Shown here: in pieces, positions 36,727-46,618 of the stretch
Layout of the letters: the number at the start of each line of letters is the position of its first letter
How positions within the stretch are numbered: the first letter of the stretch is position 1
Assembly: GCA_964586595.1 (NCBI GenBank)
Contig: CAZPHB010000001.1
Coordinates: forward strand, 263,849 to 327,848
Length of the DNA: 64,000 nt
DNA from: an uncultured Flavobacteriaceae bacterium
GTDB taxonomy: Bacteria > Bacteroidota > Bacteroidia > NS11-12g > UBA955
Reading direction: 5' to 3'
Notes under the pieces: model-generated
Told to the model about the DNA's origin: nothing
Databases searched by the model: none
What the model saw: the letters and a program-made list of their open reading frames with translations, nothing else
Position numbers and translations under genes: made by a program

Positions 36727-37476
36727 TTATTTCATCAACATTCCGCCACAAACCGAAATGGTTTGACCGGTAACATAGGCGCTCAATTCACTGGCCAGAA
36801 ATACACACACGTTGGCAACATCTTCAGGTGTGCCGCCGCGCTTCAATGGAATATCTTCAATCCACGACTTCTTCACCGCCTCATCAAGCTTTTCCGTCAT
36901 TTCCGTTTCAATAAAACCGGGTGCAACCACATTACAGCGGATGTTTCTGGAACCCAATTCCTGAGCCACACTTTTTGAAAACCCGATCAATCCTGCTTTG
37001 GAAGCGGCATAGTTGGCCTGACCGGCATTGCCATCCACACCCACTACCGAAGACATGTTGATGATGGACCCCGAGCGATTTCCCAGAAAATGCCGGAGGA
37101 AAGCTTTGGTAAGGTTGAATGCCGATTTCAGGTTGGTGTTGATGACTTCATCCCACTGCTCTTCGGTCATGCGCATCAACAAATTATCGCGTGTTACACC
37201 GGCATTATTCACCAGGATGTCAACTTTGCCGAACGCTGCGATTACGGCAGCGGCAAGTTCTTCGGAGGCTTTAAAATCGGCCGCATCAGATTTCCAGGCT
37301 TTCACCTGTACACCAAAGCGATCAGACAACTCGGTGCATAAAGCAGTTGCAGCGGCATCAGATGAGGCGTAGGTAAAAGCAATGTTTGCACCCTCAGCGG
37401 CGAAGCGCTGGGCAATCCCTTTACCAATACCGCGGGTGGCTCCCGTAATCAGCGCAGTCTTCCCTTGTAACAACAT
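36727..37476 (-). CDS. fabG: 3-oxoacyl-[ACP] reductase (SDR family)
   Basis: Start placed at MLLQGKTALITGATRGIGKGIA (Rossmann TGxxxGxG). NNAG motif and catalytic S...YxxxK (SSVVGVDGNAGQANYAASKAG). The ORF-track 5' extension is rejected. Confidence 0.85.
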   Translation of the reverse strand: MLLQGKTALITGATRGIGKGIAQRFAAEGANIAFTYASSDAAATALCTELSDRFGVQVKAWKSDAADFKASEELAAAVIAAFGKVDILVNNAGVTRDNLLMRMTEEQWDEVINTNLKSAFNLTKAFLRHFLGNRSGSIINMSSVVGVDGNAGQANYAASKAGLIGFSKSVAQELGSRNIRCNVVAPGFIETEMTEKLDEAVKKSWIEDIPLKRGGTPEDVANVCVFLASELSAYVTGQTISVCGGMLMK

Positions 37477-37539
37477 GACCCGGCAAATATAATCTGCTGA
37501 GTGAACCCTGAACAACTACTGTTTGCGTTACATGCGTAA

Positions 37540-37560
37540 GCCCCGGCACAAGGCCGGGGC
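37540..37560 (-). terminator. Putative terminator hairpin downstream of the 836-aa T9SS cargo gene
   Basis: GCCCCGGC-ACAAG-GCCGGGGC (8-bp GC-rich stem) about 37 nt after the stop at 37597. There is no strong T-tract, so confidence is modest. Confidence 0.35.
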
Positions 37561-37596
37561 TTATCTGCAACATAAAACAACATAAAATAATCGAAA

Positions 37597-40107
37597 TTAG
37601 TAGGTCTTGCTGATGCGCTGCGTCATGCTGTTGATGCCATCTGAAAAGCGCACCAGATAGATCCCTGAACTCCAGGAAGAACAGTCAATCCATTGGGTGC
37701 TTTGCGCGTCTCCGGAAAACAACACCCTGCCATTCAGGTCGGTCACGCTGACAATTCCGCCGGAAACATGTTCCATGCTGATGGCAAAGCGATTTTGCGC
37801 CGGATTGGGATATACGCGCATCTGGGGAAGTGCTGCCACAGCGCTGGATTCTGTTTGTGGCAGGTAGGAACTGGTTTGAACTTCACGGCCACTGATGCCA
37901 TCCTGAATCAATACCATTGGTGCTGCATTGTCTGCACCCAGCGTAAAATAGCGTGTAGAAGAAGTGGTGCCGGTGGTGCTGGTTACCAAACCGCCGGATG
38001 CTCCGGTTGCAGGGCCTAGGTCGTTCCAGCCGCTGCCATCATTACCGGCAACACGTATATCGGAGGCTGCCCAACCGCCGGGAGCATTGGTTGTAGGCAA
38101 AGAAACCTGATAGGCAGTAGCCCCTGCAACCCTGTCCACCTGCCAGTATTCTGTGGTTGACACAACATCAAGGGGTGCGTTCACAGTATTTGTTCCGGAA
38201 TAGCCGCTGTTGAAATATTCCATGGTATAGGTATTTCCGGCGGTGTTGTTTCTGATGTACAAAGGATTGTAGGCACTGCCTTTGCCCAATGGAATCATCA
38301 CATTTGCAGGCCAGGTGGCGCCGCCATGAGCTACCGTAACCGGACCGTTGATGTATGAAGCAGCGCTTCCACCGTAAATCATGTTTGGAAGGGTGATGTT
38401 CATGATGTAACCGGTGGTATTCAGGATGCCCCCATCAAACCGCATCAAGCGCGCATCCATGTCTGATGCAAGGGTTACTGAACCGGATGTTTTATTCAGT
38501 TCTACCCATTGACTGTAGGCATTCTTGGCCGCGCTGCTCAAGGTAACAACCTGGTGATTTCCACCTTTAAACACCAATTTACCGGTGAACTTTGAGGCCG
38601 CATTGGCTGTAGTTTCCAATGACTCCAGATTGCCTTCCAGGAATACCTGAACATTGGCAAGGTATGCATCGGCACTGGTAATTTTCAGGTTGCCTTTGAT
38701 GTACATTACATCTGCCACCGAGGACCAATTTAGCGTACCCTGAACACCGCCATTGGTAACTGTGATGATTACTTCATTGAAATAAACAGTGTCGCCATTG
38801 TGTGTGAAGGTCAGTCGGTTGCCCGTTCCATCCAGAACCAAAACCCCATTCTGCGCATTGAAAGAATTTGAATTTGCAAAATCCCAACATCCGGCAAAAA
38901 ACAGCGTATCGTCGTCAGGGGCAATCAGTTGGCCATCACTGAGCACGTGTAAACCGCTGGAAACACTGGCTCTTACACGCGCGTTTCCTGAGCCATTGAA
39001 CATAAATCGACCTCTTACAATGTGCATGGTTTCTCCCGGAGCGCCTAAATCCTGCACACAACACATCAAAACGGTATCCAAGGCATTATCTTTTTGCACC
39101 AGAACATTGTAATTGCCTGTCAATAGGGATTTGTGGAAGAAACGACCCAGGCCGGAACCCAGGAATGCAAGGGTAATATGTCCCGAATTGCTGAATGAAT
39201 GCAAGGGCAGGTTATTGGCCATGGTTGTTTCAACAAGAATGGAGTCGCCACCGGCAATCCAGTCGTTCACCGACCATCCGGTAAAAGATGCTTCCATAAT
39301 GGAAAGTCGATTTATGGCATAGATACGATCATTGGTAGCCAGGTTGGAATACAAATGCGCAGGTGCTGTAGTGTCGCCGGCTCCATCTCTTTTTTTGTCA
39401 ATTTCCACATTCCAAAAGGTCATGAGGGAATTGTTGGTGTTGATGGTTCCGCTTCCATCGCCACAAAAGCGCACCAAACCTTTGGAATGCATGTACAAAC
39501 CGAGGGCTCTTCTGGTAAGGTCTCCCCTGATATACACAATACCGGCTCGGGGAATGTGCGTTTGCTGGTAACCATTGGGCGCGGTAAACTTGGCGAAATT
39601 GTTCAGGGTAAGGTTTTGTATGTCCGCATAACCCTTGGCAAATACTGAAAATGCGCTGTTGTTCATGATCATGGTTCCTGTGATCAGGGCTGTCTTCACA
39701 CTGAGGTAGGCATTGTAGCCCATGAGCATGTCATTGGCCTGAAACAATCCATTGGTATCATTTCCAATAATCATCCCTCCTTGCATCACCAGGTTGCGCA
39801 TCTGCATGGATGCGGTTCCCTGAACAAAAATTCTTCCACTCCAGGGGCCAAGCACATTGAAATCACGAACATGAATAGGCGACGGTATGTAACACCATTT
39901 GATCGATGTACCGTCAAATTGCACGTCATCATCACAATCGGGAATACCATCCGGACTCCAATTGGCGGCGTTATTCCAACTGTTGTTGGCCCCACCACCA
40001 TCCCATACATACAAATTGTTGATGCCATCGCCGCAGGGTTGCGCATGGACCATCATTGTTGCGGCGCAAAAAACACCGCAGGCTAACGTACTTAGTAGTT
40101 TCTTCAT
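37597..40107 (-). CDS. Large secreted protein with T9SS type A C-terminal sorting domain (probable beta-helix/adhesin-like cargo)
   Basis: Start placed at MKKLLSTLACGVFCAATMMVHAQ (signal peptide; the ORF-track extension to 40284 overlaps the divergent rarA start and is rejected). The C-terminus ...RVYPNPAQNRFAISMEHVSGGIVSVTDLNGRVLFSGDAQSTQWIDCSSWSSGIYLVRFSDGINSMTQRISKTY is a canonical T9SS CTD. Confidence 0.8.
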   Translation of the reverse strand: MKKLLSTLACGVFCAATMMVHAQPCGDGINNLYVWDGGGANNSWNNAANWSPDGIPDCDDDVQFDGTSIKWCYIPSPIHVRDFNVLGPWSGRIFVQGTASMQMRNLVMQGGMIIGNDTNGLFQANDMLMGYNAYLSVKTALITGTMIMNNSAFSVFAKGYADIQNLTLNNFAKFTAPNGYQQTHIPRAGIVYIRGDLTRRALGLYMHSKGLVRFCGDGSGTINTNNSLMTFWNVEIDKKRDGAGDTTAPAHLYSNLATNDRIYAINRLSIMEASFTGWSVNDWIAGGDSILVETTMANNLPLHSFSNSGHITLAFLGSGLGRFFHKSLLTGNYNVLVQKDNALDTVLMCCVQDLGAPGETMHIVRGRFMFNGSGNARVRASVSSGLHVLSDGQLIAPDDDTLFFAGCWDFANSNSFNAQNGVLVLDGTGNRLTFTHNGDTVYFNEVIITVTNGGVQGTLNWSSVADVMYIKGNLKITSADAYLANVQVFLEGNLESLETTANAASKFTGKLVFKGGNHQVVTLSSAAKNAYSQWVELNKTSGSVTLASDMDARLMRFDGGILNTTGYIMNITLPNMIYGGSAASYINGPVTVAHGGATWPANVMIPLGKGSAYNPLYIRNNTAGNTYTMEYFNSGYSGTNTVNAPLDVVSTTEYWQVDRVAGATAYQVSLPTTNAPGGWAASDIRVAGNDGSGWNDLGPATGASGGLVTSTTGTTSSTRYFTLGADNAAPMVLIQDGISGREVQTSSYLPQTESSAVAALPQMRVYPNPAQNRFAISMEHVSGGIVSVTDLNGRVLFSGDAQSTQWIDCSSWSSGIYLVRFSDGINSMTQRISKTY

Positions 40108-40130
40108 AACATAATAGGTTGAACTGTGCT

Positions 40131-40138
40131 GCAAACCT
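40131..40138 (-). promoter_or_regulatory. Bacteroidota -7 promoter element (TAGGTTTG on the minus strand) for the T9SS cargo gene
   Basis: Complement of 40131-40138 is TAGGTTTG, 23 nt upstream of the ATG at 40107. It is embedded in an inverted repeat ATAGGTT-N13-AACCTAT. Confidence 0.35.
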
Positions 40139-40232
40139 ATTTGCGGCACCACCCGGCCCATGGCCAGATTCCATGAATGTATTTCACCAATGCACAGAAT
40201 GCAGTTGTTGTGCTGCATGACCGGAAGCCCGA

Positions 40233-40240
40233 TATATTTG
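40233..40240 (+). promoter_or_regulatory. Bacteroidota -7 promoter element TATATTTG upstream of rarA
   Basis: Exact TAnnTTTG match ending 19 nt before the ATG at 40260. TTGTTG lies 22-28 nt upstream as a possible -33 element. Confidence 0.4.
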
Positions 40241-40259
40241 AGCGTAAAATCCACAGCAC

Positions 40260-41531
40260 ATGAATGCCAAATCCCTGCCTCCATTGGCGGAACGCATGCG
40301 TCCGCGAAACCTGGATGCCTACATCGGGCAAAACGAACTGGTTGGGCCTGAAGGGCGATTGCGTCGGCTCATTCAGCAACAGCAGGTTCCCAGTATGATT
40401 TTCTGGGGACCTCCCGGCACCGGTAAAACAACCCTTGCCGAAATCATTGCCGACGCGATGGGACTGGAAGTGCGCAAACTCAGCGCCATCAGCAGTGGTG
40501 TTGCCGATCTGCGCAAAGTGTTCGATGAAACACGCATGCTGGGACGCATCGTACTGTTCATTGACGAAATCCACCGGTTCAACAAATCACAACAAGACGC
40601 ACTGTTGGGCGCCGTGGAAAAGGGCCAAATTCTGCTTATTGGCGCCACCACCGAAAACCCCAGCTTTGAGGTGAACCAGGCATTGTTGTCGCGCTGCCAG
40701 GTTTATATACTGCAGCCATTTTCCAAAGAAGAACTGAATGCCATATTGGTCCAGGCAGTAACGCGTGATGAGGTTCTGAGGCACAAGAACATCGAACTGA
40801 CAGAAACAGATGCCCTGTTGTACCATTCCGGCGGTGATGCACGGAAATTGTTGAATTTGCTGGATTTAGTCGTGATGTCAACCCATGAAGGCAACATCCA
40901 CATTACCAATGAACTCACAGGTAACGTGCTGCAGCAAAAGCTGGCGCATTACGACAAATCAGGCGAACAACACTACGACATTGTTTCTGCCTTCATCAAG
41001 AGCATGCGCGGTAGTGATCCGAATGCGGCCTTATATTGGATGGCCCGCATGCTGGATGGTGGCGAAGATGTGAAGTTCATCGCAAGGCGCATGATTATAT
41101 TGGCCAGCGAAGACATCGGCAATGCCAATCCGAACGCCTTGTTGCTGGCCACTTCGTGTTTTCAGGCCGTGTCCATGATTGGGATGCCGGAATCCAGAAT
41201 CATCTTGACCCAAACGGCCAGCTATCTGGCATCAAGCCCCAAAAGCAACAAGGCTTATGAAGCCATTGAGCAGGCATACGATCTGGTAAAAAAACACGGT
41301 GATCTGCCTGTTCCGCTGCATCTGCGCAATGCGCCAACCAAACTCATGAAGGCACTGGATTACGGAAAAAACTATCAGTACGACCACCATGCATCGCAGG
41401 GTTTTGCCGGTCAGGAATTTCTGCCCGAAGCCATCCACGGCACGCGTATTTATGAACCCGGGAACAACCCCAGGGAAGAAGAACTGCGTCGTTTCCTAAA
41501 GACCCGTTGGAAGGATAAATACGGATACTGA
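40260..41531 (+). CDS. rarA: Replication-associated recombination protein A (AAA+ ATPase)
   Basis: 423 aa. Walker A GPPGTGKTTLA, Walker B LFIDEIHRFNK, sensor motifs and the MgsA/RarA C-terminal region (...ALYWMARMLDGGEDVKFIARRMIILASEDIGNA...). Confidence 0.92.
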   Translation: MNAKSLPPLAERMRPRNLDAYIGQNELVGPEGRLRRLIQQQQVPSMIFWGPPGTGKTTLAEIIADAMGLEVRKLSAISSGVADLRKVFDETRMLGRIVLFIDEIHRFNKSQQDALLGAVEKGQILLIGATTENPSFEVNQALLSRCQVYILQPFSKEELNAILVQAVTRDEVLRHKNIELTETDALLYHSGGDARKLLNLLDLVVMSTHEGNIHITNELTGNVLQQKLAHYDKSGEQHYDIVSAFIKSMRGSDPNAALYWMARMLDGGEDVKFIARRMIILASEDIGNANPNALLLATSCFQAVSMIGMPESRIILTQTASYLASSPKSNKAYEAIEQAYDLVKKHGDLPVPLHLRNAPTKLMKALDYGKNYQYDHHASQGFAGQEFLPEAIHGTRIYEPGNNPREEELRRFLKTRWKDKYGY

Positions 41532-41552
41532 GCATTTCCGCTCCTTTCATCG

Positions 41553-41560
41553 TACCTTTG
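41553..41560 (+). promoter_or_regulatory. Bacteroidota -7 promoter element TACCTTTG upstream of the DEAD-box helicase gene
   Basis: TAnnTTTG match 18 nt upstream of the TTG start at 41578. It is the same octamer as the bactofilin promoter box. Confidence 0.35.
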
Positions 41561-41577
41561 CCGCATAATTACGCACT

Positions 41578-43356
41578 TTGAATCATTTTGAGCAGTTGGG
41601 TTTAGCACCCGCATTACTGCAAGCTATTGAACAAATGGGCTTCGAAAAGCCCACACCAATCCAGGAAGCTTCTATACCGGTTTTGCTTGACACAGGCCGT
41701 GATGTACTTGGGCTGGCCCAGACAGGAACAGGAAAAACAGCAGCCTTTGGCTTGCCCCTGCTTCAATTATTAAACACAGAAAGCAAGCATACCCAGGCAT
41801 TGGTGGTTTGTCCAACCCGTGAGTTGTGCAACCAGATTTCCCGTGACCTCAGCGCATTCAGCAATTTCATGCCAGGCATTGAAATCGCAGCAGTGTATGG
41901 CGGAAGCAGCATGGATAAGCAAATCCAGTCGCTGCGCCGGGGCGCACAAATCATTGTGGCTACGCCAGGCCGACTGATGGATCTGATGAGCCGTCGTGCC
42001 GTAAAACTGGAACAGGTTTCCATGGTGGTGCTCGACGAAGCCGACGAAATGCTGAATATGGGTTTTGAAGAAGATGTGGAACACATCCTCTCCTTCACCC
42101 CTGCCGGCAAACGCGTATGTCTGTTTTCAGCTACCATGCCACCGGAAATCAGGCGTATCGCGAAAAAATACATGACCGATCCGTTGGAAGTATCCGTTGG
42201 CAAGGAAAATTCCGGCAACGAAAACATCGAGCATGAATATGCAGTTGTTAACTCCCGCGACAAATACGCAGCACTGAAAAGGGTACTCGATTACACCGGC
42301 GATCATTTCTACGGCATCATCTTCTGCACCACCAAAATGGAAACGCAGGACATTTCCGACAAGCTGATTAAAGACGGTTACAATGCCGATTGTTTGCATG
42401 GCGACCTCAGCCAGCAGCAGCGCGAGAAGGTGATGAACCGCTTCCGCCATAAAGCCGTGCGGATCATGCTGGCTACAGATGTGGCTGCCCGCGGCATTGA
42501 TGTGAGCGGATTAACACACGTAATTCATTACCATCTTCCCGACGCGATTGAAAACTATACCCACCGCAGCGGCAGAACTGCCCGTGCAGGAAGAACGGGT
42601 ATTTCGTTCACCCTGTTGAATGTGCGTGAAGCTTACCGCTTGAAGGAAATCGAGAAGAAAGCGAACATTCGCTTCAAACGCATCCAGATTCCGGCAGCGC
42701 GCGAAGTGCTGGACCGCAAACTGCTTACCTTCACCCAAACCATCGCCAGCCAGGATGTGGATGAATCCATGTTCAGCCAGGAACATTTCGACAATATGGA
42801 GGTGCTGATGGCCATGGAAAAACAGGAAATTGTGAAGAAAATCCTTTCCCTGGAACTGAAGCGCTTTGCCGCCGATTACCTGAATGCACCCGATTTAAAT
42901 GCCGGCGCCAGTGCCGCTGCCAGTGTGGAACAGGCCGATGGAGCTTCCTCGCGCATCTTTGTAAGCGTTGGCAAGAAAGATGGCTTTGAAACCATGAATT
43001 TCAAGGACTGGGTTGCCGATGTAAGCGGAGTAAAGAAGAAAAACCTACATGTGTATGTAAAAGGGGTGTATTCTTTCGTAGATGCTTCAGCTGCAGATGT
43101 TCCGGCATTGTTGGAAACCCTGAACAAGCAGGAAGTTGACGGCCGTATGGTACGCGCTGAAATCACTGCACGCGCCGCCGACCAGGGCGAACGTAAGTTC
43201 AAAGGCAAGGGTCGTGGTGGCTATGGTCAGGATCGCGACCGCGAAGGCGGATGGAAAAAGCAATCTTGGTCGGGTGGGAAGAAATCATCCGGTTCGGGTA
43301 ATTTTTCTGGCAAACGCGATTTCAACCAAACCGGTTTCAAGAAGAAGAGTTACTGA
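41578..43356 (+). CDS. DEAD-box ATP-dependent RNA helicase (DeaD/CsdA-like) with C-terminal DbpA-type RNA-binding domain and Gly/Lys-rich tail
   Basis: Q-motif (FEKPTPIQ), Walker A AQTGTGKT, DEAD (VVLDEADEM), SAT, HRSGRTARAG, then an RRM-like DbpA region and a tail KGKGRGGYGQDRDREGGWKK.... The ORF begins at a TTG (no in-frame ATG before the conserved N-terminus). Confidence 0.9.
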   Translation: MNHFEQLGLAPALLQAIEQMGFEKPTPIQEASIPVLLDTGRDVLGLAQTGTGKTAAFGLPLLQLLNTESKHTQALVVCPTRELCNQISRDLSAFSNFMPGIEIAAVYGGSSMDKQIQSLRRGAQIIVATPGRLMDLMSRRAVKLEQVSMVVLDEADEMLNMGFEEDVEHILSFTPAGKRVCLFSATMPPEIRRIAKKYMTDPLEVSVGKENSGNENIEHEYAVVNSRDKYAALKRVLDYTGDHFYGIIFCTTKMETQDISDKLIKDGYNADCLHGDLSQQQREKVMNRFRHKAVRIMLATDVAARGIDVSGLTHVIHYHLPDAIENYTHRSGRTARAGRTGISFTLLNVREAYRLKEIEKKANIRFKRIQIPAAREVLDRKLLTFTQTIASQDVDESMFSQEHFDNMEVLMAMEKQEIVKKILSLELKRFAADYLNAPDLNAGASAAASVEQADGASSRIFVSVGKKDGFETMNFKDWVADVSGVKKKNLHVYVKGVYSFVDASAADVPALLETLNKQEVDGRMVRAEITARAADQGERKFKGKGRGGYGQDRDREGGWKKQSWSGGKKSSGSGNFSGKRDFNQTGFKKKSY

Positions 43357-43368
43357 AGACTTACGTCT

Positions 43369-46300
43369 TCAGCCACGTGGGTCAGGGTGAAATGGAATGC
43401 GTTCCATAAAATCGACCTCAAACGACGCCACGCCAAAATCTTCTGATACCTTTCCGCGCATGCGGTAAACACCCCTTCCCCGGAAGGGACAACGCCGTAC
43501 GGAAGGTGGAAAGTGAACCGTATCAAAAAACTGGCCCCGGCAATCTATCCAGGTTCCGAAATACATTTCTTGTCCTTTAAGTGTGCGTGTAGGTTTTACA
43601 GCCACCAGGTAGCCACATACTTCCATGCGCCTGCCCTTTTGTGATGCTTCAAGCAGTACCGGAACAGGCTTCAGTCCTTCCGGAAACTGCGCCATCAAAA
43701 ACGGATCACACAGGGGAAAACCAAGCAGTTCCAGTTGTTCAAAAGCATCTTCCAGAGGCCGGGTAATCAGCGCTGGCAAACTCCAGCTTTTGACCGGCTC
43801 ACGGAACAGCATCTGGGGCTCGCTGCTGCCGGTAGTTCCGCTCATCAGCCAATGCAGTTCCCACATCAGGGCCTTGCGGTCTTTGCCGGAGAAGCGAAAC
43901 GCGCCGATGCGCAGCAACAGCTTCATCTGAGCCAGGGTGCAGGGAATGCGCGCGGTAAAATCGGAGAGGCCGGTAAAAGGTCCCTGCTGTGCGCGTTCTT
44001 GCAATAGCTGCGCGATGAAGCGTTGCTCCAATCCCTGAACCATAGACAATCCAAGCCAAAGCGTTGTTCCCTGCAGGCGCGCTTCTGCCAGACTGTGGTT
44101 AACACAGGGAGCCTCTACCTGCGCACCGCACATGCGTGCGGCATGTACATAGAATTCTGTTCGGTAGAATCCGCCGTAGTTGTTGATGACCGCAGTATAG
44201 AATTCCAGCGGGTAGTAAGCTTTCAGAAATAAACTCTGATAACTTTCTACCGCATAGCTTGCGCTGTGACCTTTGGCGAAGCTATATCCGGCAAAACTTT
44301 CCACCTGTTGCCATACTTCGGCAGCAAGTTCATCGGAATGACCGCGTTCACGACAGGATACAAACCAGCGTTCCCGCACACGTTTGAATTCATCACGGCT
44401 GCGGTACTTACCACTCATTCCCCGGCGCAGCACATCACTTTCATCCAGTCCCAGGCCTGCAAAATGGTGCGCCACCTTGATCACATCTTCCTGATACACC
44501 ATCACTCCGTAGGTATCGGGCATGATTCCCAGCATGACCGGATGGGCCTTTCTGCGCTCCTGCACATCCACATGGCGGAGGATGTAGGTGCGCATCATGC
44601 CGCTGCTCGACACCCCGGGGCGAATAACACTGCTGGCTGCTACCAGTGTATGGTAATCGTTGCACTTTAACTTCTGCAACAGCTGACGCATGGCGGGGCT
44701 CTCCACATAAAAACAGCCCATGGTGCGTCCGCTGCTGATCAGCTTGTTTACGCGCGTATCGTTCTTAAACTCCTGGATGCGGTGAATCGCCACATCCACA
44801 CCTTTGTTTTCTTTGATGATGTACACGGCATCGCGGATATGCCCCAGCCCGCGCTGGCTCAGGATGTCGAACTTATGCAGGCCCAGGTCTTCAGCTTCCA
44901 GCATGCTGAACTGAACGGTGGGAAAACCCTTCGGCGGCAGGTCTGTGGCGCTGTGGCAATACATGGGCTTTTGGCTGATGAGGATGCCTCCGGCATGAAT
45001 GCTTCGATAGTTGGGCATTTGATGGATTCGGTCCGCGTAGCGCAGCATGAGCGCCTGAACATCCTGTGCATTGGACGTGCGTTCCAGAGGTTTGGGCTGT
45101 CCCGGCAATCGTTCCAGCATGCGGTCTGTTTCTTCCTTGGGAAGGCCAAACACCTTGCCCAGTTCACGCAACACTGCATTGGTTTTGAAGGTACTGTACA
45201 CCGCCAGCAGGGCCGTGTGTTCCGTGCCGTGGCGTTCAAAAATGTAGCGCGTAACTTCATCGCGGTCGCGCCACGAAAAATCCAGGTCGAAATCGGGCGG
45301 GCTGGTACGGTAAGGGTTGATGAATCGCTCGAAGTACAAATCAAGTTCCACCGGATCTACATCGGTGATGCGCATGCAATAGGCAACAATGCTGTTGGCT
45401 CCGCTGCCCCTTCCCACATAAAAAAAGCCACGGCTTTGGGCATAGCGCACAATATCCCAGCTGATGAGGAAATACGCCGTAAACCCCAATGATTCAATCA
45501 CCTTCAGTTCCTTTTCAAGTCGTTCCAGCGCCGGCCCTGATCCTTGCGGATACCTGAACAGAAAACCTTCACGGGCCAGGGTTTGTAGCAAACGTTGGTC
45601 TTCGGCGGCATCGCCGGAAAAAGTTGACTTGTTCTGATTGCGGCCAAACTGCGGACGATAACTGCACTGCGCCAGCAACTCCGAACTGCGCTGCAGCAGT
45701 TGCGGATAATCGCGGTACTGCAGCAACAGTTCATCCATACTGCGGAAGGTATCCTCGCTGCTTCCTGTATCTGCCGGCGCAAGACGGCTCAGCAGACAAT
45801 TTTTATCGATGCACCGCAGCAGTCGATGGGTATTGAAATCCAACTTATCGCGAAAGGTGGCGGTGCATAATGCCGTCAGTTTCTCAGGCTGCCGTCGCCA
45901 TGCAGAAGCATACAACCTTCCTAAATCTGCCGGTTTCACCCCAACATATTCAAAGTCGCGCAGCCGATGAGGAAACTGCGGCAACGACGCCTGGGTAAAG
46001 GGGTAAATCACCAGGCAATGTGCGAACGCAGGTGCCTGCATGGGAAATGGTTTCTTGTACATCAGGTAACGGCTCAGCCAGCGGTTCAACTCCTCGAAGC
46101 CTGCTTCATTTTTCACCAAAACCACAAAGAGTTGCCTGGCGCCATTGCGCACATCCACACCGCCGGCCACGGGAATCCCTTTCGCTGCCGCTTCCCGAAA
46201 AAAATCCGGAATACCCGATACCGCGTTGATGTCGGTAAGGGCCAACACCGGCAGCGACAACGCATCTTCAGCAGGTAAGCGCAAGGGCCGACGCTGCTTC

Positions 46301-46443
46301 CAGGCGCCGGGAATAAGATCGGCCAGGCCTGCAACTGCCTGGTGTTCCGAAACAGCATGCTGCCTGGAAAACCAGGACAACAGTTCCCCAGGCGGTAAAA
46401 TACCGTAACGCAAACTGAACCAACTGTGGCAATTCAGGTACAA
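43369..46443 (-). CDS. dnaE2: Error-prone DNA polymerase III alpha-type subunit (DnaE2/ImuC-like), TTG start
   Basis: 1024 aa, the DnaE2 size range rather than ~1150-1400 for replicative DnaE in this phylum. PHP N-terminus (M)YLNCHSWFSLRYGILPPGELLSW. Pol III alpha core motifs (...FDLDFSWRDRDEV..., GLLKFDILSQRGL..., HAGGILIS) are present. The only start codon at the ORF opening is TTG (46441-46443), with an in-frame stop 2 codons upstream. Confidence 0.8.
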   Translation of the reverse strand: MYLNCHSWFSLRYGILPPGELLSWFSRQHAVSEHQAVAGLADLIPGAWKQRRPLRLPAEDALSLPVLALTDINAVSGIPDFFREAAAKGIPVAGGVDVRNGARQLFVVLVKNEAGFEELNRWLSRYLMYKKPFPMQAPAFAHCLVIYPFTQASLPQFPHRLRDFEYVGVKPADLGRLYASAWRRQPEKLTALCTATFRDKLDFNTHRLLRCIDKNCLLSRLAPADTGSSEDTFRSMDELLLQYRDYPQLLQRSSELLAQCSYRPQFGRNQNKSTFSGDAAEDQRLLQTLAREGFLFRYPQGSGPALERLEKELKVIESLGFTAYFLISWDIVRYAQSRGFFYVGRGSGANSIVAYCMRITDVDPVELDLYFERFINPYRTSPPDFDLDFSWRDRDEVTRYIFERHGTEHTALLAVYSTFKTNAVLRELGKVFGLPKEETDRMLERLPGQPKPLERTSNAQDVQALMLRYADRIHQMPNYRSIHAGGILISQKPMYCHSATDLPPKGFPTVQFSMLEAEDLGLHKFDILSQRGLGHIRDAVYIIKENKGVDVAIHRIQEFKNDTRVNKLISSGRTMGCFYVESPAMRQLLQKLKCNDYHTLVAASSVIRPGVSSSGMMRTYILRHVDVQERRKAHPVMLGIMPDTYGVMVYQEDVIKVAHHFAGLGLDESDVLRRGMSGKYRSRDEFKRVRERWFVSCRERGHSDELAAEVWQQVESFAGYSFAKGHSASYAVESYQSLFLKAYYPLEFYTAVINNYGGFYRTEFYVHAARMCGAQVEAPCVNHSLAEARLQGTTLWLGLSMVQGLEQRFIAQLLQERAQQGPFTGLSDFTARIPCTLAQMKLLLRIGAFRFSGKDRKALMWELHWLMSGTTGSSEPQMLFREPVKSWSLPALITRPLEDAFEQLELLGFPLCDPFLMAQFPEGLKPVPVLLEASQKGRRMEVCGYLVAVKPTRTLKGQEMYFGTWIDCRGQFFDTVHFPPSVRRCPFRGRGVYRMRGKVSEDFGVASFEVDFMERIPFHPDPRG

Positions 46444-46618
46444 TTGTTAAATATCTTATCTAAGAACCGTTCATAATTTACACCAAAAAGGATGTGTGTC
46501 AAGCCGTTTGTAAACATTTAACCTCGTTTGCAGGCAGAAGCAGTTGCTGCACAGCAAAGGCAAAAAACTATCTTCGACCGAAGAAAGCACTTTCCCTCAT
46601 ACAACTCAAAGGCAACAC

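Noticed and set aside
40108-40160. Inverted repeat ATAGGTT-N13-AACCTAT upstream of the T9SS cargo gene, considered as a regulator binding site.
   Set aside because: One arm coincides with a TAnnTTTG -7 promoter box (TAGGTTTG on the minus strand), so the palindrome is more simply explained as promoter sequence plus a chance match. It is kept only as a note.
46444-46618. Looked for a LexA/SOS-type operator between dnaE2 and the divergent exonuclease gene (e.g. imperfect TGTAAAC-N10-GTTTGCA).
   Set aside because: Only an imperfect 6/7 inverted repeat was found. I cannot recall a validated Bacteroidota LexA consensus to compare against, so there is not enough evidence to call an SOS box.
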